Assembly: GCF_030144855.1 (NCBI RefSeq)
Contig: NC_082722.1
Span: forward strand, 12,214,001-12,278,000
Length of the DNA: 64,000 nucleotides
Origin: Hypanus sabinus
Lineage: Eukaryota
Reading direction: 5' to 3'
In this document: positions 12,016-25,310 of the stretch, piece by piece
Layout of the letters: each line of letters opens with the position of its first letter
How positions within the stretch are numbered: the first letter of the stretch is position 1
The notes under the pieces: model-generated
The model's input: only the letters and a program-made list of their open reading frames with translations
The model's database searches: none
What the model was told of the DNA's origin: nothing
Made by a program: the position numbers and the translations under genes

Positions 12016-13142
12016 TATAATACCTGCTGACTACTTTAGTCCCGTCCACTGCTTTTGTTTCCAGGACCCAGAAGAGGCTGGTGGACTTCTTCTGGGGTAA
12101 CAGGAGGGATTGGGTCTCTGCTACTGTCTTGACTCTGCCGATTGCGGAGGGCGGTCAGTCATTGGTGTGCGTGCGCTCCCAGCTGGAGGCTCTCAGCATT
12201 GGGAACTTGCAGAGGTACCTGCAATCACCCTTGCAGAGCACCCTTCAAGATCGTGTGCTCAGATGATACACCTTCTCCGCCAAGTACACTGCCTGCGGGA
12301 GAGCACGTGGCTTCTAGGGGACAGCATCAGCTGCGCTGCTTTGAGGGAACTGCCTCGCTTTTATCGAGAACTGTTAAGGGTCTATTCTCATCCAGACAGG
12401 GTGCTCCTGCGACATTGGGGGGTGGGGGGTCTATGAGGGTGACTGGTCCCATCCTATCACGGTGGGTGTCGAGAAAATACAGAGGAAATGCATTTGGTAG
12501 TGGAGTGATTTCCCCAGTGGAAATCCCATCAAGCAGGGGTCTTTTCCCCTGAACATTGGAGACCTGGGTGGAAGGCGTTGCATAGGACACTACCGTACAA
12601 TAGGTCTTTAAGCGGGTTCACTGACAACCGTCCACTTGTCAATTCTATGGCTGGGAGGAGTCAGTGTAACATGTTTATATGGAATGTGAGCCCGTCTTTG
12701 AGTATCCGAAGAAGCTGCTGGTCAGGTTCTGGTTGCACTTCAGCCTCGTGTTCCTTATATACAGGCACCCAATACGGAAGGGGGCGGGTCGCGAGAAGGA
12801 TCTACTGGTGGGCTTGTTCCTGGGCTATGCCAAGATGGTCATTCACGGGTCTACGGGTCTTGGCGGTGGAAAGTCGAGGGTTCTGTCAGGAGCGACTGCC
12901 TGCCCCTCTTCCGAGGATAAGTTCGTGCCAAGCTGTCCATGAAGAGGAAGCATGCGGTCACAATAAGTACAGAGGGAGATGCCCAGGAGAAGTTTCCCCC
13001 TCCCGGGAATTGACTGCTTTATGAACAGTAATAGACAGCAGTAATCATATTTTAATTTGAATTTATTCACTGTCTTGCAAATACTTACTGTTTGTACTTT
13101 GTGTACTTGTTGTGTAAATAAACTTGCTTAGTTTTATAAAGA
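12016..13142 (+). mobile_element. Tx1-type L1-clade LINE, 3' fragment
   Basis: VDFFWG, GAPATL, MECEPVF...RFWLHFS...DLLVGLFLGYAKMVIHG are Tx1 ORF2 C-terminal motifs; AATAAA near 13115; flanked by AAAGA at 12011 and 13143. Confidence 0.85.
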
Positions 13143-13293
13143 AAAGACAAATTTTTCTGTCTGTTGTTGCACTAGTGCAGTGAAATGACTCAGAAGATCG
13201 TAATTCTTCATCAGTAACCTTAACAAAACTGTCGGTACTCCTAGGCCTAGAAGCCTCTTCCATCTCACAACTCCTCTTCCAAAATGGCCACAT
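13143..13293 (-). pseudogene. hAT transposase N-terminus
   Basis: MWPFWKRSCEMEEA...TDRKICL joins YNESCL at about 12010 once the Tx1 insert is removed. Confidence 0.7.
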
Positions 13294-13593
13294 AGGACCG
13301 TCTCTAGAATGCAAATATCCTTCCAATTTTCTATTATACCGATAGAGTTTGTTCGCTCCTCAAAAATCAGTCGTCGGCACCTAAAGGGAAGTTGTGGGAG
13401 GTAATTCGGGAGTGAAAGGCTGACGTCACAGCCCGAGTTGGACGTGTCCATTCAATGCTCAGAGAACACACTTCACGCTCCTCATCAGCCTACCATCCTC
13501 CCTTCCGTGCAACATAGCGCTCACCAATTATCAGCGGCCTCCTCTATCTCGCGTCAAAACCTGAGAATGGACCCAACCAAATAAACACGGCAC

Positions 13594-13640
13594 AAACACG
13601 AGGAAATCTGCAGATGCTGGAAATTCAAACAACATACATG
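13594..13640 (-). repeat. Penelope-derived element, extreme 3' end only
   Basis: aaacacgaggaaatctgcagatgctggaaattcaa is near-identical to the ends at 24929, 29654 and 36399. Confidence 0.7.
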
Positions 13641-13704
13641 ATGAACTGCCATACACCACTAAGACACCACTAACGAGATGATCAACGGAGCTGCTCGGTT
13701 ACTG

Positions 13705-16700
13705 CGCGTGATGTCAACCAGCAGGGCAGGAAAAGTTTAAAAAGAAGACTGCCATATCCAGCGGCAGCGGAGTGAGAGGGCAGCAGGTGAATAGGGCTTT
13801 GGCTCAACGGGCTGAGGCGGTAACGGGACGAGGCGAGGTAGGTTTACCCGTGTTAATTGCAGAAAGGAAATATATGTGTGAGGCCGGTGTTCTGTGCTCG
13901 GTGTCAGATGTGGGAAGTCCTGGAGTCTCCCAGCCTCCCGGAGGCCATATCTGCACCCAGTGTGTCGAGCTGCAGCTCCTAAGGGACAGCATTAGGGAAC
14001 TGGAGTTGCAGCTCAATGACCTTCGTCTCGTCAGGGAGAGCGAGGAGTTGATAGAAAGAGTTATAGGCGGGTAGTCACAACGGACCTACAGGAGACAGAC
14101 AAGTGGATAACAGTCAGGAGAGGGAAGGGGAAGAGTCAGGTACCAGGGAGTACTCCTGTGGCTGTACCCCAGAACAATAAGTACTCCTCTTTGAGTACTG
14201 TTGGAGGGGGATAGCCTACCTGGGGGAAGTAACGGAGTCCGGCCCTAAGGCTCAGAAGCATAGAGAAAGGAAGAGAAAGGCAGCAGTGATGGGGGACTCT
14301 ATAGTAAGGGGATCAGACAGGCAATTCTGTGGACGCAGTAAAGAAACTTGGATGGTAGTTTGCCTCTCATGTGCCAGGGTCCGGGATGTTTCAGATCGCA
14401 TCCACGAGATCCTGCAGTGGGAAGGAGAACAGCCAGAGGCCCTGGTACATATTTGTGCCAATGACATAGGTAGGAAAAGGGAAGAGGTCCTGAAAACAGA
14501 CTACAGCGTAATAGGAAGGAAGTTGAGAAGCAGGACCACAAAGGTTGAGGATTAGAATGAGGTGGAAGATAAAAGCATGGCTGAGTGATTGGAGCAGGGG
14601 GCAGGGATTCAGATTTCTCGATCGTTGGGACTTCTTCTGTGGCAGGTGTGACCTGTACAGAAAGGACGGATTGTACTTGAATCCCTGGGGTCCAATATCC
14701 TGGCGGGGAGGTTTGCTAAGGCTACCGCGGAGATTTTAAACTAGAATTGTTGGGGGGGGGGGAGGTGGGAACCGAACTGAAGAGACTGGGGAAGAGGCGG
14801 TTGGCTCACAAATAGAGAAAGCTTGCAGACAGTTTGTGAGGGAGGATAGGTAGGTGATAGAGAAGGGACGCGCTCAGACTGACGATTTCAGATGTGTCTT
14901 TTAACGTAGGGAGTATTGTGAGCAAAGCAGATGAGCTTAGAGTGTTGATCAGTACTTGGAACTATGATGTGGTGGCCATTACAGAAACTTGGATGGCTCA
15001 GGGACAGGAATGGTTACTTCATGTGACGGGTTTTACATGTTTCAGAGAGGGAGGTAAAAGAGGTGGGGTGTGGCACTGTTGATCAGAGATAGTGTCACAG
15101 CTGTAGAAAAGGTGGACGACATGGAGGGATTGTCTATGGAGTCTCTGTGGGTGGAAGTTAGAAACAGGAAGGGACCAATAACTCTACTGGGTGTTTTTTT
15201 ATAGTCCACCCAGTAGTAACAGGGATATTGAAGAGCAGATAGGGAAACAGATCCTGGAAAGGTGCAATAATAACAGAGTTGTCCTGATGAACGATTTTAA
15301 TTTCCTAAATATCGGTTAGCATCTCCCTAGATGGGGTAGAGTTCGTTAGGTGTGTTCAGGAAGGTTTATTGACACAATATGTAGATAAGCCTACAACAGG
15401 AGAGACTGTACTTGATTTAGTTTTGTGAAATGAACCTGGTCAGCTGTCAGATTTCTCAGTGGGAGAGCATTTTGGAGATAGTGATCGTTATTCTATCTCC
15501 ATTACAATAGAATTGGAGAAAGATAGGAACACACAAGTTGGAAAAGCATTTAATTGGAATAAGGGGGATTATGAGGCTATCAGGCAGGAAATTGGAAGCT
15601 TAAGTTGGAAACAGATGTTCTCAGGGAAGGATACAGAAGAAATGTGGCAAATGTTCAGGGGATATTTGTGTGGAGTTCTGCATAGGTACATTCCAAATAG
15701 ATCGGGAAGTTATGGTAGGGTACAAAAGCTCGTCAAGAAGAAAAGAAAAGCTTATGAAAGGTTCGGAGAGCTAGGTAATGTTAGAGATCTAGAAGATTAT
15801 AAGGCTGACAGGAAGGAGCTCAAGAAGAAAATTAGGAGAGCCAGAAGAGGCCATGAGAAGGCCTTGGCAGACAGGATTAAGGAAAACCCCAAAGCATTCT
15901 ACAAGTTGTAAAGAGCAAGAAGATAAGACGTGAAATAATAGGACCTATGAAGTGTGACAATGGGAAAGTGTGTATAGAACCAGAGGAAGTAACAGAGGTA
16001 CTAAATGAATACTTTAGTATGAACTATGGAAAGGAATCTCGGTGATTGTAGTGATGACTTGTGGTGGACTAAAAAGCTTGAGCATGTAGATATTAAGAAA
16101 GAGGATGTGCTGGAGCTTTTGGAAAGCTCCAAGTTGGATAAGGATGAGAAGTACCCCAGGCTACTGTGGGAGGTGAGGGAGGAGATTGCTGAGCCTCTGA
16201 TGGTGATCTTTGCATCATCAATGGGGATGGGAGAGGTTCCAGAAGATGGGAGGGTTGCGGATGTTGTTCCTTTATTCAAAAAAGGGAGTAGAGATAGCCC
16301 AGGAAATTATAGACCAGTGTATCTTACTTCAGTGGTTGGTAAGTCAATGGAGAAGATCATGAGAGGCAGGATTTATGAACATTTGGGTAAGTATAATAGG
16401 AATAGAAACAGTCAGTATGGCTTTGTCAAGGGCATGTCATGCCTTATGAGCCTGATTGAATTTTTTGAGGATGTGACACATTGATGAAGGAAGAGCAGTA
16501 GATGTAGTGTATATGGATTTCAGCAAGGAACCCCATGTAAGACTTATTGTGAAAGTAAGGAGGCATGAGATCTAAGGAAGTATTGCTTTGTGAATCAAGA
16601 ACTGGCTTGCCCACAGAAGTCAGAGTGGTTGTAGATGGGTCATATTCTGCATGGAGGTTGGTGACCAGTAGTGTGCCTCAGAGATCTGTTCTGGAAACTT

Positions 16701-17875
16701 TACACTTTGTGATTTTTATAATGACCTGGACGAGTAAGTGCAGGGATGGGTTAGTAAGTTTGCTTATGACACAGTGGTTGGGGGTGTTGTGGATAGTTTG
16801 GAGGGCTGTCAGCAAAACATTGATAGGATGCAAAACTGAACCAAGAAGTGGCAGATCGAGTTCAACCCAGATAAGTGTGAAGTGGTTCATTTTTGTAGGT
16901 CAAATATGAGGCCAGAATATAGTGTTAATGGTAAGGCTCTTGGCACCGCAGAGAATCAGAGGGATCTTGGGTTCCAAGTCCATAGCACGCTCAAAGCAAC
17001 TGCGCAGGTTGATTCTGTGGTTGAGAAGGCATGCGGTGTATTGGCCTTCATCAATCGTGGAACTGAATTTAGGAGCCGAGAGGTAATGTTGCAGCTATAT
17101 AGGACCCTGGTCAGACCCCACTTGGAGTACTGTGCTCAGTTCTGGTCACCTCACTACAGGAAGGATGTGGAAGCCATAGAAAGGGTGCAGAGGAGATTTA
17201 CAAGGATGTTGCCTGGATTGGGGAGCATGGCTTATGAAAGCAGGTTGAGTGAACTTGGCCTTTTCTCCTTGGAGTGACGGAGGATGTGAGGTGGCCTGAT
17301 AGAGGTGTATAAGATGAGAGGCATTGATCATGTTGATAGTCAGAGGCTTTTTTACCAGGGCTGAAATGGCTACCACAAGTGGGTACAGGTTTAACGTGCT
17401 GGGGTGTAGGTACAGAGGAGATGTCAGAGTTAAGTATTTTACGCAGTGAGTGGTGAATGTGTGGAATGGGCTGCTGGCAACAGTGGCCGAGGCAGATTCA
17501 ATAGAGTCTTTTAAGGGACTTTTGGATAGGTGCATGGAGCTTAGAAAAATAGAGGGTAAGCCAAGTAATTTCTATGGTAGGGACATGTTCGGCACAACTT
17601 TGTGGGCCAAAAGGCCCGTATTGTGCTGTAGGTTGTCTATGTTTCTATGTAAGAGTTTTACACAGAGAATAGTGAGCATGTGGAATGGGCTGCCAGCAAC
17701 GGTGGTGGAGGCAAATACGACAGGGTCTTTTAACAGACTTTTGGATAGGTACATGGAGCTTATTAAAATAGAGGGCTATGGGTAACCCTAGTAATTTCTA
17801 CGGTACAGTAATGCTCGGCACAACTTTGTGGGCTGAAGGGCCTGTATTGGGCTGTAGGTTTTCTATGTTTCTCTG
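13705..17875 (+). mobile_element. Near full-length CR1 LINE, decayed: ORF1 zinc finger plus SGNH esterase, ORF2 APE plus RT
   Basis: CTQCVELQLL, MGDSIVRG, CARVRD, KDGLYLN; WNYDVVAITETW, PGNYRPV, RPHLEYCAQFWSP; many stops and frameshifts; duplicated 3' tail. Confidence 0.92.
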
Positions 17876-18609
17876 TTTCACTGCAAGCGCTAGCATCATG
17901 TGTTGCACGAAGTTCAAAATTTAGTGTGTTTTTAATCACAATCTCTCATGGAACCCCTAACAACTTCTCAGAGAACCCGGGTTGAGAAGCCTCGCTCTAG
18001 GTTATTCCAGTTTGTGTTTCATTCACAGATATAACACTTCGAAAATTTTTTGATGAATATCAGTTCCTACAGTTTTTTAAAACAGAATTTTCTCTTCATC
18101 TGCCTGTACATCCTCTGCAATATTATGTTTTATTATTTCAATTCCAAATATGTCAGATCCTGTTTTAGCTGTAACCTATCTCATATATTATAAAGCTATA
18201 AGGTTCAACAACATAGAACCATGTGCAATTCATTCCCATTGCAACATTGCTAAGGACCATGCAACTTTCTACTGTCTCCATTTACGTGCGTTAATTTCAT
18301 GTTCCTCTAGTTTTTGCTCATTTAAGCATTTAAGTTCCTACTCAGCTGCATTTTGTGTTATTTCTGTTACATCAACTGTTAGTTAATTCTATGCAGCTAC
18401 TCCTTGTTTGAGGAAACTGTCCATCATTTCACCTTTAGGCCTCATTCTCACATTAAACATCCATCTTCTAGATTTGTTAATGCCTACGATGGGAATCAGA
18501 TTCTAGCTATATACCCTATTCCTCTTAATTGTCATTGTCTATCTGTCATGATAGCTTGTAGAAATAAAACTAGCTCAGCCTGTTCATCCTCTCCCCATAA
18601 CTAAAGTGT

Positions 18610-19010
18610 TCCAATGATTCCAATATTCTGGTGAATGTGCTTGACACTGGCTGCAGTGCAAACACCTTGTTCCTAAAATGTAGTGACCAGAATTGCACAC
18701 AATACTCCAAGTGGGACCTAACCAACATTTTCTGCACTGTAATATTACTTATCTCTTATGCTCGGGACCTCGTCTGCTGAAGGCGAACATGCCATATAGC
18801 TTCTATTAGAATTCCTATTTTCAGTTAATTGTTTATTTCTGTCCCTATGTCTCTGTTTAACAAAACTCCCCAGGGATCTTCCATATGTCCTGACCATGTT
18901 TAACTGCTCAAAATGCACTATTTGGCATATGACTGAATTTGCTCACTTTCCAGTTGTTGAATATCTTTATTTACACTTCAACATAATCCAAACATCTTTG
19001 TGTCATCCAC
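18610..19010 (-). mobile_element. Highly decayed CR1/L2-type LINE fragment
   Basis: gaccagaattgcacacaatactccaagtg (WSP/YCVQF region on minus). Confidence 0.5.
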
Positions 19011-19874
19011 AAACTTCTTGCTACATATATTCCCATCAGTTTTTTCAGTCATCCTGAGTCCCACCTGCAGCTAATGAAGTTAGAAAATGTTTTGTCAGCT
19101 TTTCTCTGCACTAAACTCATTGACTTCCATTTCATTCTCAACAGTAAATACAGACCAGAAATGTGATTTAGTTCATCATCTATTTCCTAGCTCTACATTG
19201 GTTATAATATTGATCCTTAAAGGCAGCTACTTCATTCACATCCGCCCTTTCATTCTTAATATAACTTTCCCCCATATTGCTAATCTATCGCCCATAGGCT
19301 GATGACGCCCTGTATGGCACAATAGGTAGGGTAAGTTGAAGCAACTTTTACACATGTAAAACTGAAAATATTGGTGAAACTCAGGCTGAATATAAAATGC
19401 TCAGTAAATAAGAATGACAACAGGAAATATATGAACATATTAACATCTGAAACAGTGCATTAACATCTGAAAAGTCTCTTAATGGCATTTACACCATAAA
19501 TTGATAGTAAGGGGAAAGGCCTGAAAAATATCTGTGCAGGAAGACAATGGGCACAATTGGAAGACTTAATAGTTATTTTATAACTAATACTTACTGAACT
19601 GGTAAGGCAAGAGGAAGGCAATAGAGAAAATAGACAAGATGAAAATTGATAAAGGAAATGCACTCTAAACGATGGTTATTCCTGAAATAGATGCAATCTG
19701 GATTTGAGAAGATCCAAGGGCACAGCTGGAATTCTGTAAGAGTATTACAGAAGTGAAGTCCATCTAATTTCATCAGCTTAATTCCATAAAAATGCTAAAT
19801 GTCACATTTATCCTCTGAATGTGAAGGTCAAATTTTTCAAACATTTTAATCAATTTAAGATTGAGGAAACAGGC

Positions 19875-22800
19875 ACGTGACATAACGCATCAAAGGTTTT
19901 TAAAAAAGACAGCCATATACAGTGGCCATCATTGTAGCTGCCATCGTCAGAGTGGACTGAGTCAGAGCAGGATGGCTTTGGCTCAACATGCTTCGGCGTG
20001 ACCAGGCAGAGGCGAGGGTAGGTTCCAGTAAGGTTTCTTTTGTTTGTTTAGAGTAGAGAGAATGCCAGGCAGGATGTTGGAATGCTCCTCTTGCAGGATG
20101 AGAGAAGTCAGGGAGACTTCTGGTGTTCCTGACAACGACACCTGCAAGAAGTACATCCAGCTGCAGCTCCTAACAAACCACGTTAGGGAACTGGAGCAGG
20201 AGCTGGATGAACTCCGGATCATTCGGGAGAATGAGAAGTAAAGGTTGAAAGATAGTAGCTACAGGGAGGCAGTTACGACAAAGGAGCAGCGCACAGTCAG
20301 GCAAGGGAAGGGAAAAGGGCAGGCAGAGCAGGGCTCCCCTGTGGCCATACGCCTCAACAATAAGTATACCGATTTGGATACTGTTGGGGGGGGAGGATCT
20401 GGGACAAGCTACAGAAGCCAGATCTCTGGCACTGAGTCTGGTTCTGCAGTGCAGAAGGGTGGGGGGAAGAAGAGGAGATCAGTAGTTAATAGGGGACTCG
20501 ATAGTTAGAGGTACCGACAGGAGGTTCTGTGGTCACAACAGAGACTCTCAGATGGTTTGTTGCCTCCCAGGTGCCAGGGTCAGGGATATCTCTGATCACG
20601 TGCACAGCATTCTGAAATGGGAGGGTGAGCAGCCAGATGTCATGGTACACATCAGTATCAATAACGTAGGAAGAAAGAGTGAGGAAGTCCTGGAGAGTGA
20701 GTATAGAGAGCTTGGTAGGAAGTTAAAAAGCAGAACCTCGAGGGTGGTAATCTCAGGATTCCTACCCTTGTCATGTGCCAGTGATGGAAGTATAGGATGC
20801 TCTGGAGGATGAACACATGGCTGAGGAACTGGTGTACAGGGCAGGATTTCAGATTTCAGGATCATTGGGACCTCATCTGGTGCAGGTAGGACTTGTACAA
20901 GAGAGATGGGTTACACCTGAACTACAGGGGAACCAATAACTTTGCAGGGAGATTTGTTAGTGCTATTGGGGAGGGTTTAAACCAGATTTGCAGGGGGGTG
21001 GGAACCAGAGTGACAGCAGATAGTGGAGCAGGGGTGAAAATAAAAACTATTAAAAGTACATGCAAAGTCACAAATAGAAGGTTTGTGTGTGGTGGTAATA
21101 ATCTTCTGAGGTGTGTCTATTTCAATGCAAGGGAAGGCAGCCGAGCTGAGGCCGTCAATTGACACATGAAATTATGAGATTATAGCCGTTATTGAAATTT
21201 GGCTGCAAGAGGAGCAGGACTGGCAGCTTAATGTTCCAGGGTGCCGATGTTTCAGATGTGATAGAGGCAGAGGAATGAAGGGCGAGGGGGTGGCATTGCT
21301 AGTGAGGGAAAAATATTACAGCAGTACTCAGGCAGGATAGATTAGAGGACTTGACTACCGAGGCCATATGGGTGGAGCTGAGAAGCAGGAAAGGTATGAC
21401 CACATTAATGGGGTTGTATTATAGATCACCCAATAGTCAGAGAGAATTGGAGGAGCAAATCTGCAGAGACATAGCAGACAACACCAGGAAACATAAAGAT
21501 GTGATAGTAGGGGATTTTAATTTTCCACATATTGATTGGGACTCCCATACTGTTAAAGGTCTAGATGGGTTAGAGTTTGTAAAATATGTCCAGGAAAGTT
21601 TTCTAAATCAATATATAGATGTACTGATGAGAAAGGATACAATATTAGATCTCTTATTAGGAAACAAGTTAGGACAGGTGACGGAAGTGTGTGTAGGGGA
21701 ACACTTTGGTTCCAGAGATCACAACATCATTAGTTTCAACTTGATCATGGATAAAGATAGATCTGGTCCTCAGGTTGAGGTTCTAAACTGGAAAAAGGTC
21801 AAATGTGAAGCAATGAGAAAGGATCTAAAAAGTGTGGATTGGGACAAGTTGTTCTCTGGCATGGATGTCATTGGTAAGGTGGGAGGCCTTCAAAGGAGAA
21901 ATTTTGAGAGTGCAGAGTTTGTATGTTCCTGTCAGGATTAAAGGCAAAGTGAGTAAGAATAAGGAACCTTGGTTCTCTAGGGATATTGGAACTCTGATAA
22001 AGAAGAAGAGAGAGATGTATGACACGTATAGGAAACAGGGAGCAAATAAGGTACTTAAGGAATATAAAAAGTACAAAAAATACTTAAGAAAGAAATCAAG
22101 AGGGCTAAAGAAGACATGAGGTAGTTTTGGCAGTCAAGGTGAAGGATAATTCAAAGAGCTTCTACAGTATATTAAGAGCAAAAGGATAGTAAGGGATAAA
22201 ATTGGTCCTCTTGAAGATCAAAGTGGTCAGCTATGTATGGAACCAAAAGAAATGGCGGAGATCCTAAATGGTTTTTTGCATCTGTATTTTCTAAGGAAAC
22301 TGGCATGGAGTCAATGGAAAAGAGGCAAACAAGTAGTGAGGTAATGGAACTTATACAGATTGAAGAGGAGGGGGTACTTGCTATCTTCAGGAAAATCAGA
22401 GTAGATAAATCCCCAGGACCTGACAGGGTAATCCCTAGGACCTTGAAGGACACTAGTGTTGAAATTGCAGGGGCCCTGGCAGGTATATTTAAAATGTTGG
22501 TATGTACGGGTGAGGTGCCAGAGGATTGGAGGATAGCTCATGTTGTTCCATTGTTTAAAAAAAGCTCAAAAAGTAATCCGGGAAATTATAGGCCAGTAGG
22601 TTTGACGTCGGTAGTAGGTAAATTATTGGAAGGAGTACTAAGAGGTCTACAAGTATTTGGATGGACAGGGACTTATTAGGGAGAGTCAACATGGCTTTGC
22701 GCGTGGTAGGTCATTTTTAGCAAATCTATTAGAGGTTTTCGAGGAGGTTACCAGGAAAGTCGATGAGGGGAAGGCAGTAGATGTTGTCTACATGGACTTC

Positions 22801-23435
22801 AGTAATGCCTTTGACAATCTCTTGCACGGGAGGTTAGTTAGGAAAATTCTGTCGCTAGGTATTTTTATTTGTTATTTGTCATCTATATCAATGATCTGTA
22901 TAATAATGTGGTAAATTGGATCAGCAAATTTGCTGATGATACAAAGATTGGAGGTCTGGTGGACAGTGAGTAAGGTTTTCAATGCTTGCAGATGGATCTG
23001 GACCAGCTGGAAAAATGGGCTAAAAAAATAGCAAATGGAGTTTAATATAGACAAGTGTGAGGTATTGCACTTTGGAAGGACAAACCAAGGTAGAAAATAC
23101 AAGGTAAATGGTAGGACACTGAGGAGTTCAGTAGAACAAAGGGATCTAAGAATACAGATACAAAATTCCCTAAAAGTAGTGTCACAGGTAGATAGGGTAG
23201 GAAAGAGAGCTTCTCGTACATTGGCCTTTATAATTCAAAGTATTGAGTATAAGAATTGGAATGTTATGGTGAGGTTGGATAAGCATTGGTGAGGCTGAAT
23301 TTGGAGTATTGTGTACAGTTTTTGTCACTGAATTACAGGAAGGATATTAATAAGGTTGAAAGAGTGCAGAGAAGGTTTACAAGGATGTTGCCGGGACTTG
23401 AGAAACTGAGTTACAGAGAAAGGTTGAATAGGTAA
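19875..23435 (+). mobile_element. Second long CR1 LINE (different subfamily), ORF1 esterase plus ORF2, decayed
   Basis: CSSCRMREV, CLPGARVRD, DGLHLN; VGDFNFP, DKSPGPD, PGNYRPVGLTS, DVVYMDFS. Confidence 0.9.
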
Positions 23436-23940
23436 TATTGAAGTAGTAAAATGGATTCAACAGTGGCTGGATGGGAGATGCCAAGAGAGTAGTGGTGGAT
23501 AACTGTTTGTCAGGTTGGAGGCCATTGAGAAGTGGTGTGCCTCAGGGATCTGTAATGGGTCCAATGTTGTTTGTCATATACATTGATGATCTGGATGATC
23601 GGGTGGTAAATTGGATTAGTAAGTATGCAGATGATATTAAGGTAGGTGGCGTTGTGGATAATGAAGTAGGTTTTCAAAGTTTGCAGAAAGATTTAGGCCA
23701 GTTGGGAGAGTGGGCTGAATGATGGCAGATGGAGTTTAATGCTGATAAGTGTGAGGTGCTACATTTCGGTAGGAATAACCCAAATAGGACATACATGGTA
23801 AATGATAGGGCATTGAAGAATGTAGTAGAACAGAGTGATCTAGGAATAATGGTGCATAGTTCCCTGAAGGTGGAGTCTCATGTGGATAGGGTGCTGAAGA
23901 AAGCTTTTGGTATCTTGGCCGTTATAAATCAGAGCATATT
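23436..23940 (+). mobile_element. CR1 RT fragment
   Basis: GVPQGSVMGP, YADDIK, MEFNADKCEVLHFG; same subfamily as 38770..39705. Confidence 0.85.
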
Positions 23941-23959
23941 AGCTTAGAAAGTATTATAT

Positions 23960-24180
23960 AACAATCATATAACCATATAACAATCACAGCATGGAAACAG
24001 GCCATCTCAGCCCTCCTAGTCCGTGCTTAACTCTTAATCTCACCTAGTCCCACCTACCCGTACTCAGCCCATAACCCTCTACTCCTTTCCTGTCCATATA
24101 CCTATCTAATTTTACCTTAAATGACACAACTGAACTGGCCTCTACTATTTCTACAGGAAGCTCATTCCACACTCATTCCA
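23960..24180 (-). mobile_element. CR1 3' tail fragment
   Basis: aaccatataacaatcacagcatggaaacaggccatctc matches the tail at 38770. Confidence 0.8.
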
Positions 24181-24199
24181 CTCATTAACTCAAAGAAAA

Positions 24200-25310
24200 C
24201 TTATTAATATTAAATCCTGAATTTTCTAAACAAGTAAATAAAAGTACAAAAAAAATTAGATACGAAGGTATACCAAAAGTAAAAAAAAACAATTGTTCAT
24301 AAAAAAAAGTAATGAACAATTAGACTGCTGATTCTAAAAAAAATGGATCCATCAAGCAGCTGCAACATACATTTGTGTAAAGAGTTATTCAAGCATGGTA
24401 ACAAAGGGAGGGTTTACAATCTTTATTATACAGCTCCGACATGACTTTTTTAAACTTTAAAGTGTTCATTCAACACCTCGGGTGAAAAATCTTCTACAAT
24501 TCTGAACTTCTGATCTTCATTATCATTCATACCTTCACGATGAGATTCACGAATTAGAAGTTCCTTTGTCTGAAAATCATATAGACAAATTAGCACTGAA
24601 TTATATAGACAAATTAGCATCTGTGAGAGTCTATTTTAGGTGGAGATTTTAAAATACTCGGAAATAATTTAGCCAAAAGGTTTGCCTTCCAATGACTCTT
24701 AAAACCCAGAATACGTAAATTATTTCTTCTATTTCTATTTTCTAAGTTGATAATCTTCTGTCTTAATGTTTCATTAATGTTTAACTGTTTATTGCAGATC
24801 TGTTCCAAGTTGTCAATCTTCATGTTGGACATCATCAAAGTGTCTTCATTGTCTTTTATTCGTTTATCGTGTTCACTTAAAGTTTTTTGAATAGAATCCA
24901 ATTTTACATCCATTCATTTAAATTCAGCAAACATGAGGAAATCTGCAGATGCTGGAAATTCAAGCAATACACACAAAATGCTGGTGGAATGCAGCAAGCC
25001 AGGCAGCATCTATAAAGAGAAACGCTATCGATGTTTCAGGCCGAGACCCTTCGTCAGGATTTAAATTCAGCGCTGAGTTGCTGAAGTTCCTCTGAAAGTT
25101 CATTTTTATGTTTTCAAAGTGTCTCCATAATGACTTCCAAAGTTACAGGAGGGTCCTTTTCTTTTTTAATAGCTTTAGCATGACTCATCATAAAGCAATA
25201 TTGCCTTTAAAAGTAAGTTTTCAAAACAAGTTGGAAGCAGTAAATTAAAAAGAGTAGGAGCACCTATAAAAGCACTGCTACTGCATCAACAGCCAGTAGA
25301 AATCTGGGGG
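24200..25310 (-). mobile_element. L1 ORF1 remnant
   Basis: Coiled coil then LENRNRRNNLRILG (ORF 24614..24913); interrupted by the 130-bp hammerhead insert. Confidence 0.8.
24929..25058 (-). mobile_element. 130-bp Penelope-derived insert with hammerhead core
   Basis: Perfect 13-bp TSD ATTTAAATTCAGC at 24916..24928 and 25059..25071; minus strand begins cCTGACGAagggtctcggcctGAAAcatc. Confidence 0.88.

Larger units (their letters stand above)
8833..17994 (-). mobile_element. Buster/Charlie-type hAT DNA transposon, fragmented by nested insertions
   Basis: Left end CAGCCTTACCCAAACTTTTT, right end GGTTGAGAAGCCTCG (Buster-like TIRs), subterminal GGAACCC motifs near both ends, transposase remnants inside. 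No matching 8-bp TSD found. Confidence 0.72.

Noticed and set aside
13180-13220. CTGATGAAG plus hairpin on minus as another hammerhead
   Set aside because: No GAAA after the stem; it lies in the hAT transposase coding sequence.
23436-24180. Opposed CR1 pieces as a twin-priming inversion
   Set aside because: The inverted piece lies on the tail side rather than the 5' side; more likely independent fragments.
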